A stretch of 64,000 nt of DNA. Origin: Limisphaerales bacterium. Its GTDB lineage: Bacteria; Verrucomicrobiota; Verrucomicrobiia; Limisphaerales; UBA11358. The stretch is taken from contig JANYCI010000013.1 in assembly GCA_025360325.1 (NCBI GenBank), positions 13,544-77,543 on the forward strand, given 5' to 3'. The notes beneath the pieces are model-generated. The model was given only the letters and a program-made list of their open reading frames with translations. It was not told where the DNA came from and ran no database searches. Within the stretch, counting starts at the first letter, position 1. Each line of letters begins with the position of its first letter. Position numbers and translations under genes: made by a program. This document shows positions 56,290 to 64,000 of the stretch, one piece after another.

Positions 56290-59200
56290 ATGAAACCCAA
56301 CACATCCATTTGCATTCGAAATATTTTACTGATGAGCGGTCTGCTTTTGCTGGCGGGCGTAGCCAATCTTGAGGCGGCTACTTTCACCACGGTGGCGGGC
56401 GCCAGCGGCAACTGGAGTTCCGGTGCCGTATGGGCTGGCGGTGGGGTGGCTGGCGGGGTCGGCAACATTGCGCAGTTGGGAGCGGGCGGCAGCACGTTCA
56501 CGCTGGATATTGCCACGAACATCGGAGTGATCAATGACGGTCAAGCATCGGCGCGCGCTTGGGCCATCAATGCCAGCGGCTCAATTGCAATAACGATGGA
56601 CAACACCGGCAACGCCGTGAACAACCCGGCCGGAACCCTCAACGCCTACATCGGCGAGTCCTCCAGCGGCACGATGACTTTCAACCCAAACATCATCATC
56701 CAAAACACGGATCTGGATTTTGCCAATACCGGGTCCACCACCCCCACTTTGGCCATTGGCGTTTTGGGGACGTCCACCATCACCGCCACGAGCGCGCGGA
56801 ATCTTTTCATCCGGCAAAATCAAGCCACCACCACCAAAGCCATCAACATCAACAGCAGCATCGGCGGCAGCGGCAGCAGCGTCATCACCATTCAAAACGT
56901 CGGCACTGGCGGCGGCGTTTCAGCCATGAACCTGAACGGCGTGGTCGGGCCAAATGCAGGCGTCGTCCAGAACAGTGCCAATTCGATTCTGTCGTTGAAT
57001 AACGCGGCGAACAACTACACGAACAGCACGATCATCACGCTGGGCACCTTGAGATTGGGCGCGGCCAATGCCGTTCCGAGCGCTAGCAGCGTGGATGTCA
57101 CTGGCACATTCAATTTGGTCAGCTTCAGTGACACCATCGGCGCCCTGACCGGTGCTGGCACGGTAAACGCATCGAGCGGCACGCCCACCCTGACAGTCGG
57201 TGGTGGCGATGCCAGCGGCACGTTTAGCGGCATCATCCAAAATTCTGGCGGCACAATGTCTGTGGCCAAGACCGGCAACGGCACGCAGGTTTTGAGTGGC
57301 GTGAATACTTACGGTGGCACCACGACCATCAACGGCGGTTTCCTCAACGCTGGTGTGGCGGATGCCGGCACCGGCCCGTTCGGCAGCGGCGGCAGCATCG
57401 CGTTCGGTGGCGGCACGTTGCAATACTCCGGCGCAAATAATTTCGATTACTCCGCCCGCTTCAGCACGGCAGCGAACAATGCCATCAGCATTGACACCGC
57501 CGGACAGGCCGTGACTTTTGCCACCGCGCTCACCAGCAGCGGCGGCAGTTTGAAACTCACCAACTCGACCGGCACCGGCACGCTGACGCTCACGGCGGCG
57601 GCAACTTACAGCGGCAACACCGCCATTAATGGTGGCACGTTGAGCTTGAGCGGCAGCGGCGCGCTGGCGAGCAACTCCACGGTGAGCATCGGTGCCGGAG
57701 GCACGTTTGATGTCTCTGCGCTGGCGAGTCCCTACACGCTCGGCAGCAGCGCAACTTTGCGCGGTAGTGGCTTCGGCACTTTGGTCGGCACCAACGCGGC
57801 CCGCATCGTCGCCGCTTCCGGTGGGATTTTTGACGCGGGTTCGCAACCGATTTCTCTGACGTGGAACGGCGCATCATCCGGCACGGACAACACGCACCCG
57901 TCGCTCCTCGTTTCGCAAGGCACGCTGAACTTGAACACCAATCCGATCACGGTCGTAGTGCCGGGAACGGCGTTGGATGTCGGCGTTTACACTTTGATTT
58001 CCGCCCCGGCTATCAGCGGAGTTGCGCCCAATCCCACGCCGTCCTACACCGGCGGCAACGGCGTTGGTCTTGGAAAAGTCGGCGTGATTTCTGTCAGCGG
58101 CTCCACCGTGATCCTAACAGTTAGCGCGGCTGGAGGAACGGTTGGCACCTGGGCCAACGATGTTGACGGCAACTGGACGGACGGAACCAAATGGAGCAGC
58201 AACCCTAACGTGCCGCATCTGGCGGGCGACGCCGCCACGCTAGGTATCGGCTCGGCTTTACGCACAGTCACGCTGAACGCGAATCAAACCGTCAGCACTT
58301 TGTCTCTGACCAATGCGAACTCATTCGTCATCGCAAACAGCGGCAAAGCGCTGACGCTCGACAACACCGGCTCCGGCGCGTCGGTCAATGTCATTGGCGG
58401 CACGGCGAACAACATCCAAACCGCCGTGGCCTTGAAGGACAACGCCGTGGTCACTGTCGGCAGCGGCAAGTCGCTGGCATTTTCTGGAACCGTCAGCAAC
58501 ACCGCCGCCGCCAAAACCATTTTGTTCAACGGTGCTGGCACGAACATTCTTTCCGGCGCCAACAGCTACGGTCCGGCGGCTGGCACCGTGGGCACCACCG
58601 TCAACGCCGGTGGCACGTTGCGCTTGGGCCACAGCAGCGCGCTCGGCGCGGGTGATTTGAGCGTGTCCGGCAACAGCACATTGCAGGCGGGCGCGGCGGT
58701 GAGCGTCGGCAATAACATCACCATCGCTGACACGACTACGGTGGACAGCAGCGGAAATAATTTTGCTTTGGGCGGCGTCATCAGCAGCGCGGGCGGCCTT
58801 ACAAAAACCGGCAACGGCACGCTCGCGTTGAACGGCAATAATACTTACACCGGCAACACGACGGTGAACGGGGGCACGTTGAGCCTTTCATCGCCGAACA
58901 ATTTTCTGAACAGTCCGAGCATCATCCTCAACGGCGGCGGACTGCTCGGCACCGCAACTTTCACCGCCGCCAACAACATCGGCATCGGCGCAGCCTCCGG
59001 CGCAGTCGGCACGAATGCGTTGATTGACGCGGCCAGCGGACAGGTCGTCACGTTGAGCGGCGTCATCGGCACGGCGGGCAACGGCGGTGGGAACGGACTC
59101 ATCGTCAACAGCGGCGCGGGCAACAACGGCACGCTGGTTCTCAGCGGAGCGAATACATTCAACAGCACGACGGTCATCTCGAACGGCACATTGCAAGTTG

Positions 59201-60855
59201 CGAACTCGCTTGCGTTGCAAAACAGCGGGTTAAATTACAATACGGGCACGCTGATCTTCGATGGCAGCATCACGGCGGCCACGCTTGCTGGAATAAACTC
59301 CACTAACAGTTTGAGAACTTTGGCGCTGACCAACACTGCAGGCGGCGCGGTGGCATTGACGGTGGGCGGAAATAATGCGCCTGTCGTTTTCACCGGCAAT
59401 TTGAGCGACGCTGGTTCGCTCATCAAAGCTGGCAGCGGCACACTGACGCTCAACAATCCCACTTACACCGGCAGCACCACGATCTTCGGCGGCTCGGGCG
59501 CGACGACCATCAGCGGCGGAAATTTCGGTTCGCTCGCAAGCGCGATTACGATTGGTGCCAACTTCTTCCTGACCGGCGGCACGGCCACGGCCTCCGCGTT
59601 CAACCTGGCCACCGCTGGCGGGCAGACCGGCGTGGGCGCAACCATCAACGGCACGGCGAATCTCACAAACACGGCGACAACCATCGGCAGCGGCGGCAAC
59701 ACGGCAGGAGCCATGACCCTCAACTCTGCTGGCAACGTGAATCTGGGAGATGTGAAGGTCAACAAGGATCAGGGTGGCACCACCAGCGGCCTGATCATCG
59801 CAAGCGGAAATGTTTTCGCGACCAGCGTCAACGTCGGCCAAAGCGGCACCGCTGCGAGGGCGTCCGACATGACCATTACCGGCGGAACGTTGACGGTTGC
59901 TGATGTGACGCAGACCGGCAAGTTTGCCGTCCACTGCGGCGCGGGCAATGGCACCCTGACGGTGAGCGGCGGCGCGCTGAATTATCTGGGAACAGATGGA
60001 TTGCAAATGTCCATCGGTGCCGGTCCCAGCATCGCTGCCATCATCGGCGGCACGGCTACGCTCTCCGGCGTCACGCTTAATTCTGGCAGCACCGCTACCA
60101 CATCCACTCTGACGGTGGCCGGCACGAACAATCCGACCCTTTATTTGGGTAGCGTGGGGCTGATCATCAATCTGCCAAGTCCCACCGTGGCAGCTACATT
60201 TGGTAACGGCACCATCGGTGCCTTGGCCGACTGGGCGTCTGAGGCGCCGATCACGCTCACAAATAATCCTATCTTCAAAGCCGCCGATGCCGCGAACGTG
60301 CCGCATAGCATCACGTTGAGCAATGTTCTGTCCGGCACGGGTAATCTCACCAAAACCGGCAATGGCACTTTGATCTTGATGGGTGCGAACACTTACACCG
60401 GCAACACCATCGTCAGCGCGGGCACGCTGGATTTGTTGCAGGCATCGCTCTTCACCAATTCCACCGTCTCGGTTTCCAACAGCGCGACCTTACGGCTGGA
60501 TTTCTCCGGCACAAACATCGTGGCCGGTTTGATTCTGAATGGCGTCAGCAAGGCGGCAGGCGTTTATTATAACGGCACCGATCCGACGTTCCTGACCGGC
60601 ACTGGATACATTCAAGTTCAGCCGCTTGTTTCTCTAGTGCCGACAAACATCACCACGACAGTTTCTGGCAGCACCCTCACGTTGTCATGGCCAGCGGATC
60701 ACCTCGGCTGGCATCTGCAAATCCAGACCAACTCGCTTGCTGATGGCTTCGGCACGAATTGGGTCACGCTGCCCGGTTCGGACACTGTGACTTCAACGAA
60801 CATGACTATTGATCCCGCCAATGGCAGCGTGTTTTACCGCATGGTGTATCCGTAA
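56290..60855 (+). CDS. autotransporter-associated beta-strand repeat (PATR) giant protein with the shared C-terminal tail
   Basis: Signal MKPNTSICIRNILLMSGLLLLAGVANLEA. Many PATR units (VAKTGNGTQVLSGVNTYGGTTTINGGFL, LTKTGNGTLALNGNNTYTGNTTVNGGTLSL). It ends ...GSVFYRMVYP. Confidence 0.9.
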   Translation: MKPNTSICIRNILLMSGLLLLAGVANLEAATFTTVAGASGNWSSGAVWAGGGVAGGVGNIAQLGAGGSTFTLDIATNIGVINDGQASARAWAINASGSIAITMDNTGNAVNNPAGTLNAYIGESSSGTMTFNPNIIIQNTDLDFANTGSTTPTLAIGVLGTSTITATSARNLFIRQNQATTTKAININSSIGGSGSSVITIQNVGTGGGVSAMNLNGVVGPNAGVVQNSANSILSLNNAANNYTNSTIITLGTLRLGAANAVPSASSVDVTGTFNLVSFSDTIGALTGAGTVNASSGTPTLTVGGGDASGTFSGIIQNSGGTMSVAKTGNGTQVLSGVNTYGGTTTINGGFLNAGVADAGTGPFGSGGSIAFGGGTLQYSGANNFDYSARFSTAANNAISIDTAGQAVTFATALTSSGGSLKLTNSTGTGTLTLTAAATYSGNTAINGGTLSLSGSGALASNSTVSIGAGGTFDVSALASPYTLGSSATLRGSGFGTLVGTNAARIVAASGGIFDAGSQPISLTWNGASSGTDNTHPSLLVSQGTLNLNTNPITVVVPGTALDVGVYTLISAPAISGVAPNPTPSYTGGNGVGLGKVGVISVSGSTVILTVSAAGGTVGTWANDVDGNWTDGTKWSSNPNVPHLAGDAATLGIGSALRTVTLNANQTVSTLSLTNANSFVIANSGKALTLDNTGSGASVNVIGGTANNIQTAVALKDNAVVTVGSGKSLAFSGTVSNTAAAKTILFNGAGTNILSGANSYGPAAGTVGTTVNAGGTLRLGHSSALGAGDLSVSGNSTLQAGAAVSVGNNITIADTTTVDSSGNNFALGGVISSAGGLTKTGNGTLALNGNNTYTGNTTVNGGTLSLSSPNNFLNSPSIILNGGGLLGTATFTAANNIGIGAASGAVGTNALIDAASGQVVTLSGVIGTAGNGGGNGLIVNSGAGNNGTLVLSGANTFNSTTVISNGTLQVANSLALQNSGLNYNTGTLIFDGSITAATLAGINSTNSLRTLALTNTAGGAVALTVGGNNAPVVFTGNLSDAGSLIKAGSGTLTLNNPTYTGSTTIFGGSGATTISGGNFGSLASAITIGANFFLTGGTATASAFNLATAGGQTGVGATINGTANLTNTATTIGSGGNTAGAMTLNSAGNVNLGDVKVNKDQGGTTSGLIIASGNVFATSVNVGQSGTAARASDMTITGGTLTVADVTQTGKFAVHCGAGNGTLTVSGGALNYLGTDGLQMSIGAGPSIAAIIGGTATLSGVTLNSGSTATTSTLTVAGTNNPTLYLGSVGLIINLPSPTVAATFGNGTIGALADWASEAPITLTNNPIFKAADAANVPHSITLSNVLSGTGNLTKTGNGTLILMGANTYTGNTIVSAGTLDLLQASLFTNSTVSVSNSATLRLDFSGTNIVAGLILNGVSKAAGVYYNGTDPTFLTGTGYIQVQPLVSLVPTNITTTVSGSTLTLSWPADHLGWHLQIQTNSLADGFGTNWVTLPGSDTVTSTNMTIDPANGSVFYRMVYP

Positions 60856-60893
60856 AAATTTCGGTCGGGGTTGATCGAAAAATGGGTTAGGTT

Positions 60894-60920
60894 CCGGCTG
60901 GGGCGTCAGGCTCCAGCCGG
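60894..60920 (+). other. stem-loop between the PATR gene and the pseudopilin gene
   Basis: ccggctgg-ggcgtcaggct-ccagccgg (8-bp stem), 39 nt after the stop at 60855. The T-tail is weak. Confidence 0.45.
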
Positions 60921-60951
60921 CTTTGAATAACACACGGCTAAAACCACTCTG

Positions 60952-61743
60952 ATGAAAAATTATCAAAAAAATATTCCGTCTCGTGCGGCATCCGGCTTCA
61001 CGCTGATTGAACTGCTCGTCGTCATCGCTATTATCGCCATTCTCGCCGCGATGCTGCTGCCCGCGCTGGCCAAGGCGAAAGCCAAGGCGCAACAGACCTA
61101 TTGTCTCAACAACATCAAACAGCTCAATCTGGGCACGACGATTTATGTGGGCGACTATGCGGACACTTATCCCGGTTCTGGCTCCCGCAGTGCCGCCGTG
61201 GCCAATGGCGGGGTGAATCTTCCGTCGGACTGGATTTATTTCATGAACGCACCCTCGGCACCGCTGGCCAAAAGTCCGGTTTTGGTTACGATCGGGGTCG
61301 GGGCAAACACAAATTTTTTCCGTTGTCCCATGGATCTGGACAGCCCGACGCGCACCGCCGGCTACCCGGCCAGCTATTCTATGACCAGTTTTGATGCGCC
61401 CACGACCGACCCGTCCAATCCGCATGGCATTACCTCATCCTTTTCCCTGACGGGTCCTCAATATCCTTTCAAGCAAACCCGCGTGCGGAATCCAGTCAAC
61501 AAAATTCTCGTGGCCGAGGAGGTGGCTTCCCTCACAGCCGCTGACAACCCGGTGGCCAGCAATACTCAAGTCATTGATGACGGACGTTTCGTGCCGACTT
61601 CCCGCAACGCCTACACCAACGCCAAAGATTTGCTCACCAGCCGACACAGCAAAAGGGCTGATGTCGGATTTTGTGATGGTCACGTCGAGCCGGTTTTTTG
61701 GATGATTGGCACCAATCAGGCGAACACGTTTGCCGATTATTAA
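60952..61743 (+). CDS. prepilin-type N-terminal methylation domain protein, H-X9-DG family pseudopilin
   Basis: [31 protein letters not shown]-terminal [12 protein letters not shown] (exactly H-X9-DG). Confidence 0.88.
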   Translation: MKNYQKNIPSRAASGFTLIELLVVIAIIAILAAMLLPALAKAKAKAQQTYCLNNIKQLNLGTTIYVGDYADTYPGSGSRSAAVANGGVNLPSDWIYFMNAPSAPLAKSPVLVTIGVGANTNFFRCPMDLDSPTRTAGYPASYSMTSFDAPTTDPSNPHGITSSFSLTGPQYPFKQTRVRNPVNKILVAEEVASLTAADNPVASNTQVIDDGRFVPTSRNAYTNAKDLLTSRHSKRADVGFCDGHVEPVFWMIGTNQANTFADY

Positions 61744-61762
61744 ATGGCACATCGTTTCCGTG

Positions 61763-62506
61763 ATGAACTGCCTCTGGCCATTCCGTTTGAGCACTGCCAT
61801 TTTTCTACTCGCGCCCTGCGCTTGGGCGCATGGCCCGTTTGATAGCAGCACGCGGGCAATCGTGATGGAGGCGACGGTGGAAGTCGTGTTGACCGTTGGC
61901 ATGGAAGGCGGCAAGACGCTGCTGGCGGGCGCGCCGCCGGAAGTTTTCCGCGTGCGCACCGTCGGGCCTGCCGCTGAATTGCCGAAGGAATTTGCAACGC
62001 GGTTTTATGAAGTTTCCATCGGCGACAAAACGCTGGCGCCGGACACGATTGCGGTGAGGTCGGATGGTTTGGAGTTCGCCGTGCTGCTGAAGTTCCCGCG
62101 TCCGGCGGGCAATGCGCTGGCAGTGCGCGCGGTTTTTCTGGATAAGTTGCCGTCGAAGTTGACTTCTTCTTTTGTGATGACGGATGAAGTTGGAAACATT
62201 TTCGCCGGGAAAGTTTTGTCGCGCGGGGACGCAGCCATCGGATTGACATTGCCGACGGTAGTGACGGCAGAAACGGCAGTAGTAGAAAGTGCGCCGTCCG
62301 TCCCGGCAAAAAACCCGGTGGCGACAGCGCAACCGGTTTTGCAGCCTAGCGTCGCACCCACCGTTGCTTCTGCCGACAATTCTGTGCTGCCAGACAAGCA
62401 GTCCGGAATCAAACCAGGCTATAATCGCTGGTTGGTTTTAGCCGGACTGCTGGCGGTTGTGCTGGGCAGCTTTGTGCTGAAGCGCAGAAATTATTTTAAC
62501 CGGTGA
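61763..62506 (+). CDS. hypothetical secreted protein with Pro/Val/Ala-rich linker and C-terminal TM anchor
   Basis: Signal MNCLWPFRLSTAIFLLAPCAWA|HGP. C-terminus ...KPGYNRW-LVLAGLLAVVLGSFVL-KRRNYFNR (motif, TM, then basic tail). I recognise no family. Confidence 0.65.
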   Translation: MNCLWPFRLSTAIFLLAPCAWAHGPFDSSTRAIVMEATVEVVLTVGMEGGKTLLAGAPPEVFRVRTVGPAAELPKEFATRFYEVSIGDKTLAPDTIAVRSDGLEFAVLLKFPRPAGNALAVRAVFLDKLPSKLTSSFVMTDEVGNIFAGKVLSRGDAAIGLTLPTVVTAETAVVESAPSVPAKNPVATAQPVLQPSVAPTVASADNSVLPDKQSGIKPGYNRWLVLAGLLAVVLGSFVLKRRNYFNR

Positions 62507-62651
62507 TTTTGGTTTGTATTAAATCGAAGCCGCCAATTGGTTGGATGCCGAAGTAGCATCAAGCCCTCGTTTCGGGGAGCACGGCGCTCACGCCGCTGCC
62601 ACGTCCAAACCGGGGAGTCATCGTGAAATTTATTTTGAGAAACGGTGTAAC

Positions 62652-64000
62652 GTGAATGTTAAACTAAAAATTGTGAACCCGAAAAGCATTAAAGCCATCG
62701 GCCTGCTGCTGCTGGCCGCAGTGTTGTTCAGCGCGACGACGGCCAGCGCCCAGCGTCAGATGGAACGCCTGGGTCGCGGCATGATTGCGCTGCGCAACAC
62801 GACCACGCAGGTTTATGTCGGTTGGCGGTTGCTGGGGAATGATCCCAGTGACATCGGTTTCAATCTTTACCGTTCTGCCAATGGCGGTGCCGCCATAAAG
62901 ATCAACACTGCGCCGTTGACCAACACCACCGATTATGTGGACGCGCCGACGAACCTCGCCACCACCAGTTACACCTATTCCGTGAAACCAGTGCTCAATG
63001 GCATCGAGGTGCCGGATGTCTGGGCCAATCCGCTCGCGCCTCCCGCCACGCTCCCGGCCAATGCGTCCGTGCAAGCCAGTCTTTACCTGCGCGTGCCCCT
63101 CCAGACCACGCCCGATGGTGATCTCGATGTGAAGTTCTGCTGGGTCGGCGATCTCGATGGCGATGGCGAGTTTGATTTTGTTGTGGACCGCCAGCCGCCG
63201 GGCGAGACCAGTCAGTATGTGGAGGCCTACAAGCGAGATGGCACCCTGCTTTGGCGAATCAATCTGGGGCCGAACAGCACCAACCATTACAACATCGAAC
63301 CCGGCGCTTCCACCGTCAGCATGGGGCATGGCGATAACATGACGGTGTTTGACATGGACGGCGACGGCAAGGCCGAGGTGATTCTGCGCACCGCAAATGG
63401 CGTGGTCTTCGGCAACGGCGCAACGCTCACCGCTCCGAACAACAACGTCCAGTTCCTCTCCATAATCAACGGCCTGACCGGCGCGGAAATGGCCCGCGCG
63501 ACTTTGCCCAATCTCAACTTGTCCGACGGGCCGATGAACGGTCACATGGGAATTTTTTATCCCGACGGCCAGCGTCCCTCTGTGCTGTGGGCCGCCAAGA
63601 ATCGCGCGGCGGACAACAGTTTTCACGGCAACATGACGGTATGGGATTATCGCAACGGCCAGCTCACGCAGCGGTTTTTTTACGCCTCGGATTTGACCGG
63701 TGATTACACAGCGGAAGCCCACCAGATCCGGCTCGGCGATCCCGACAATGACGGCAAGGACGAGTTTGTGGACATCGGTTTCACCCTCGACGACAACGGC
63801 ACGCAGCTTTTCAACGTTCCCGAAGTTCAGCACGGCGACCGTTTCCACATGGGCGACCTCGATCCCGATCGTCCCGGCCTGGAGACATTTGTCATCCAGC
63901 AAAACAATGCCAGCGGCCTGGCCACCGCGCTTTACGATGCGGGCAACGGCAAGATGATCAAGAAATGGTATGCCGGCAGCGTCGTGGACGTAGGCCGTGG
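62652..64000 (+). CDS. rhamnogalacturonan lyase (PL11, YesW-like); 3' end beyond the window
   Basis: Absent from the ORF track because it is open at the window end. My translation gives VNVKLKIVNPKSIKAIGLLLLAAVLFSATTASAQRQMERLGRGMIALRNTTTQVYVGWRLLGNDP...GDLDGDGEFDFVVD...FDMDGDGKAEVILRT...GDPDNDGKDEF. The start is GTG 62652 or 62673. Confidence 0.8.
   Translation, partial: MNVKLKIVNPKSIKAIGLLLLAAVLFSATTASAQRQMERLGRGMIALRNTTTQVYVGWRLLGNDPSDIGFNLYRSANGGAAIKINTAPLTNTTDYVDAPTNLATTSYTYSVKPVLNGIEVPDVWANPLAPPATLPANASVQASLYLRVPLQTTPDGDLDVKFCWVGDLDGDGEFDFVVDRQPPGETSQYVEAYKRDGTLLWRINLGPNSTNHYNIEPGASTVSMGHGDNMTVFDMDGDGKAEVILRTANGVVFGNGATLTAPNNNVQFLSIINGLTGAEMARATLPNLNLSDGPMNGHMGIFYPDGQRPSVLWAAKNRAADNSFHGNMTVWDYRNGQLTQRFFYASDLTGDYTAEAHQIRLGDPDNDGKDEFVDIGFTLDDNGTQLFNVPEVQHGDRFHMGDLDPDRPGLETFVIQQNNASGLATALYDAGNGKMIKKWYAGSVVDVGR

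Noticed and set aside
61763-62300. LPMO / histidine-brace copper protein, suggested by the predicted His1 after signal cleavage in a polysaccharide locus
   Set aside because: The mature domain contains no second histidine, and I could find no conserved aromatic pattern. A histidine brace needs two His residues.
62664-63902. 412-aa minus-strand ORF, the only long ORF listed for this region
   Set aside because: The opposite strand encodes a clear PL11 rhamnogalacturonan lyase that runs off the window and is therefore absent from the track. The minus ORF is its shadow.

Overview
This is a 64-kb chromosomal window of roughly 55-60% GC, judged by eye. The gene content points to the PVC superphylum, most likely Verrucomicrobiota. 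That placement is an inference from four H-X9-DG prepilin-like paralogs, two giant autotransporter-associated beta-strand-repeat (PATR) proteins, and several families of long palindromic intergenic repeats.

Layout:
- 1-22.9 kb: housekeeping genes (tlyA, nadK, parB, def, ispH, dgt-like, maf, aroK, queG, recN). They are mixed with GH2 and SGNH enzymes, a LacI regulator, a vapBC pair, and a 3.4-kb low-GC gene containing 504-bp tandem repeats.
- 23-29.6 kb: a starch-type cluster with two GH13 genes, a multi-CBM protein and a pseudopilin.
- 29.6-33.5 kb: lepA, a VOC-family gene, a DUF1801 gene and tRNA-Val(CAC), followed by a truncated integrase abutting a truncated IS5-family transposase.
- 33.6-64 kb: a pectin/fucoside-type degradation locus. 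It holds 2 DUF1080, PL1, 2 GH29, GH2, a large protein of unknown family, a PL11, a decayed GH2, a propeller histidine kinase with a NarL-type regulator, two PATR giants and three pseudopilins.

Most notable observations:
1. A module recurs three times: a large secreted protein carrying a shared ~50-aa C-terminal tail ending F/Y-Y/F-R-hydrophobic..P, then a GC-rich hairpin, then an H-X9-DG pseudopilin. All three copies sit inside glycan-degradation clusters. This may be an undescribed surface-display or secretion arrangement.
2. A 150-bp palindromic element is inserted in-frame in tlyA.
3. Heptanucleotide satellites lie in-frame inside queG and recN.
4. The sensor kinase is frameshifted at a 10-nt homopolymer, and the CBM protein is frameshifted just after its signal peptide.

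No CRISPR array, rRNA or intact mobile element was seen. All family names come from motif recognition by eye. No database search was run.
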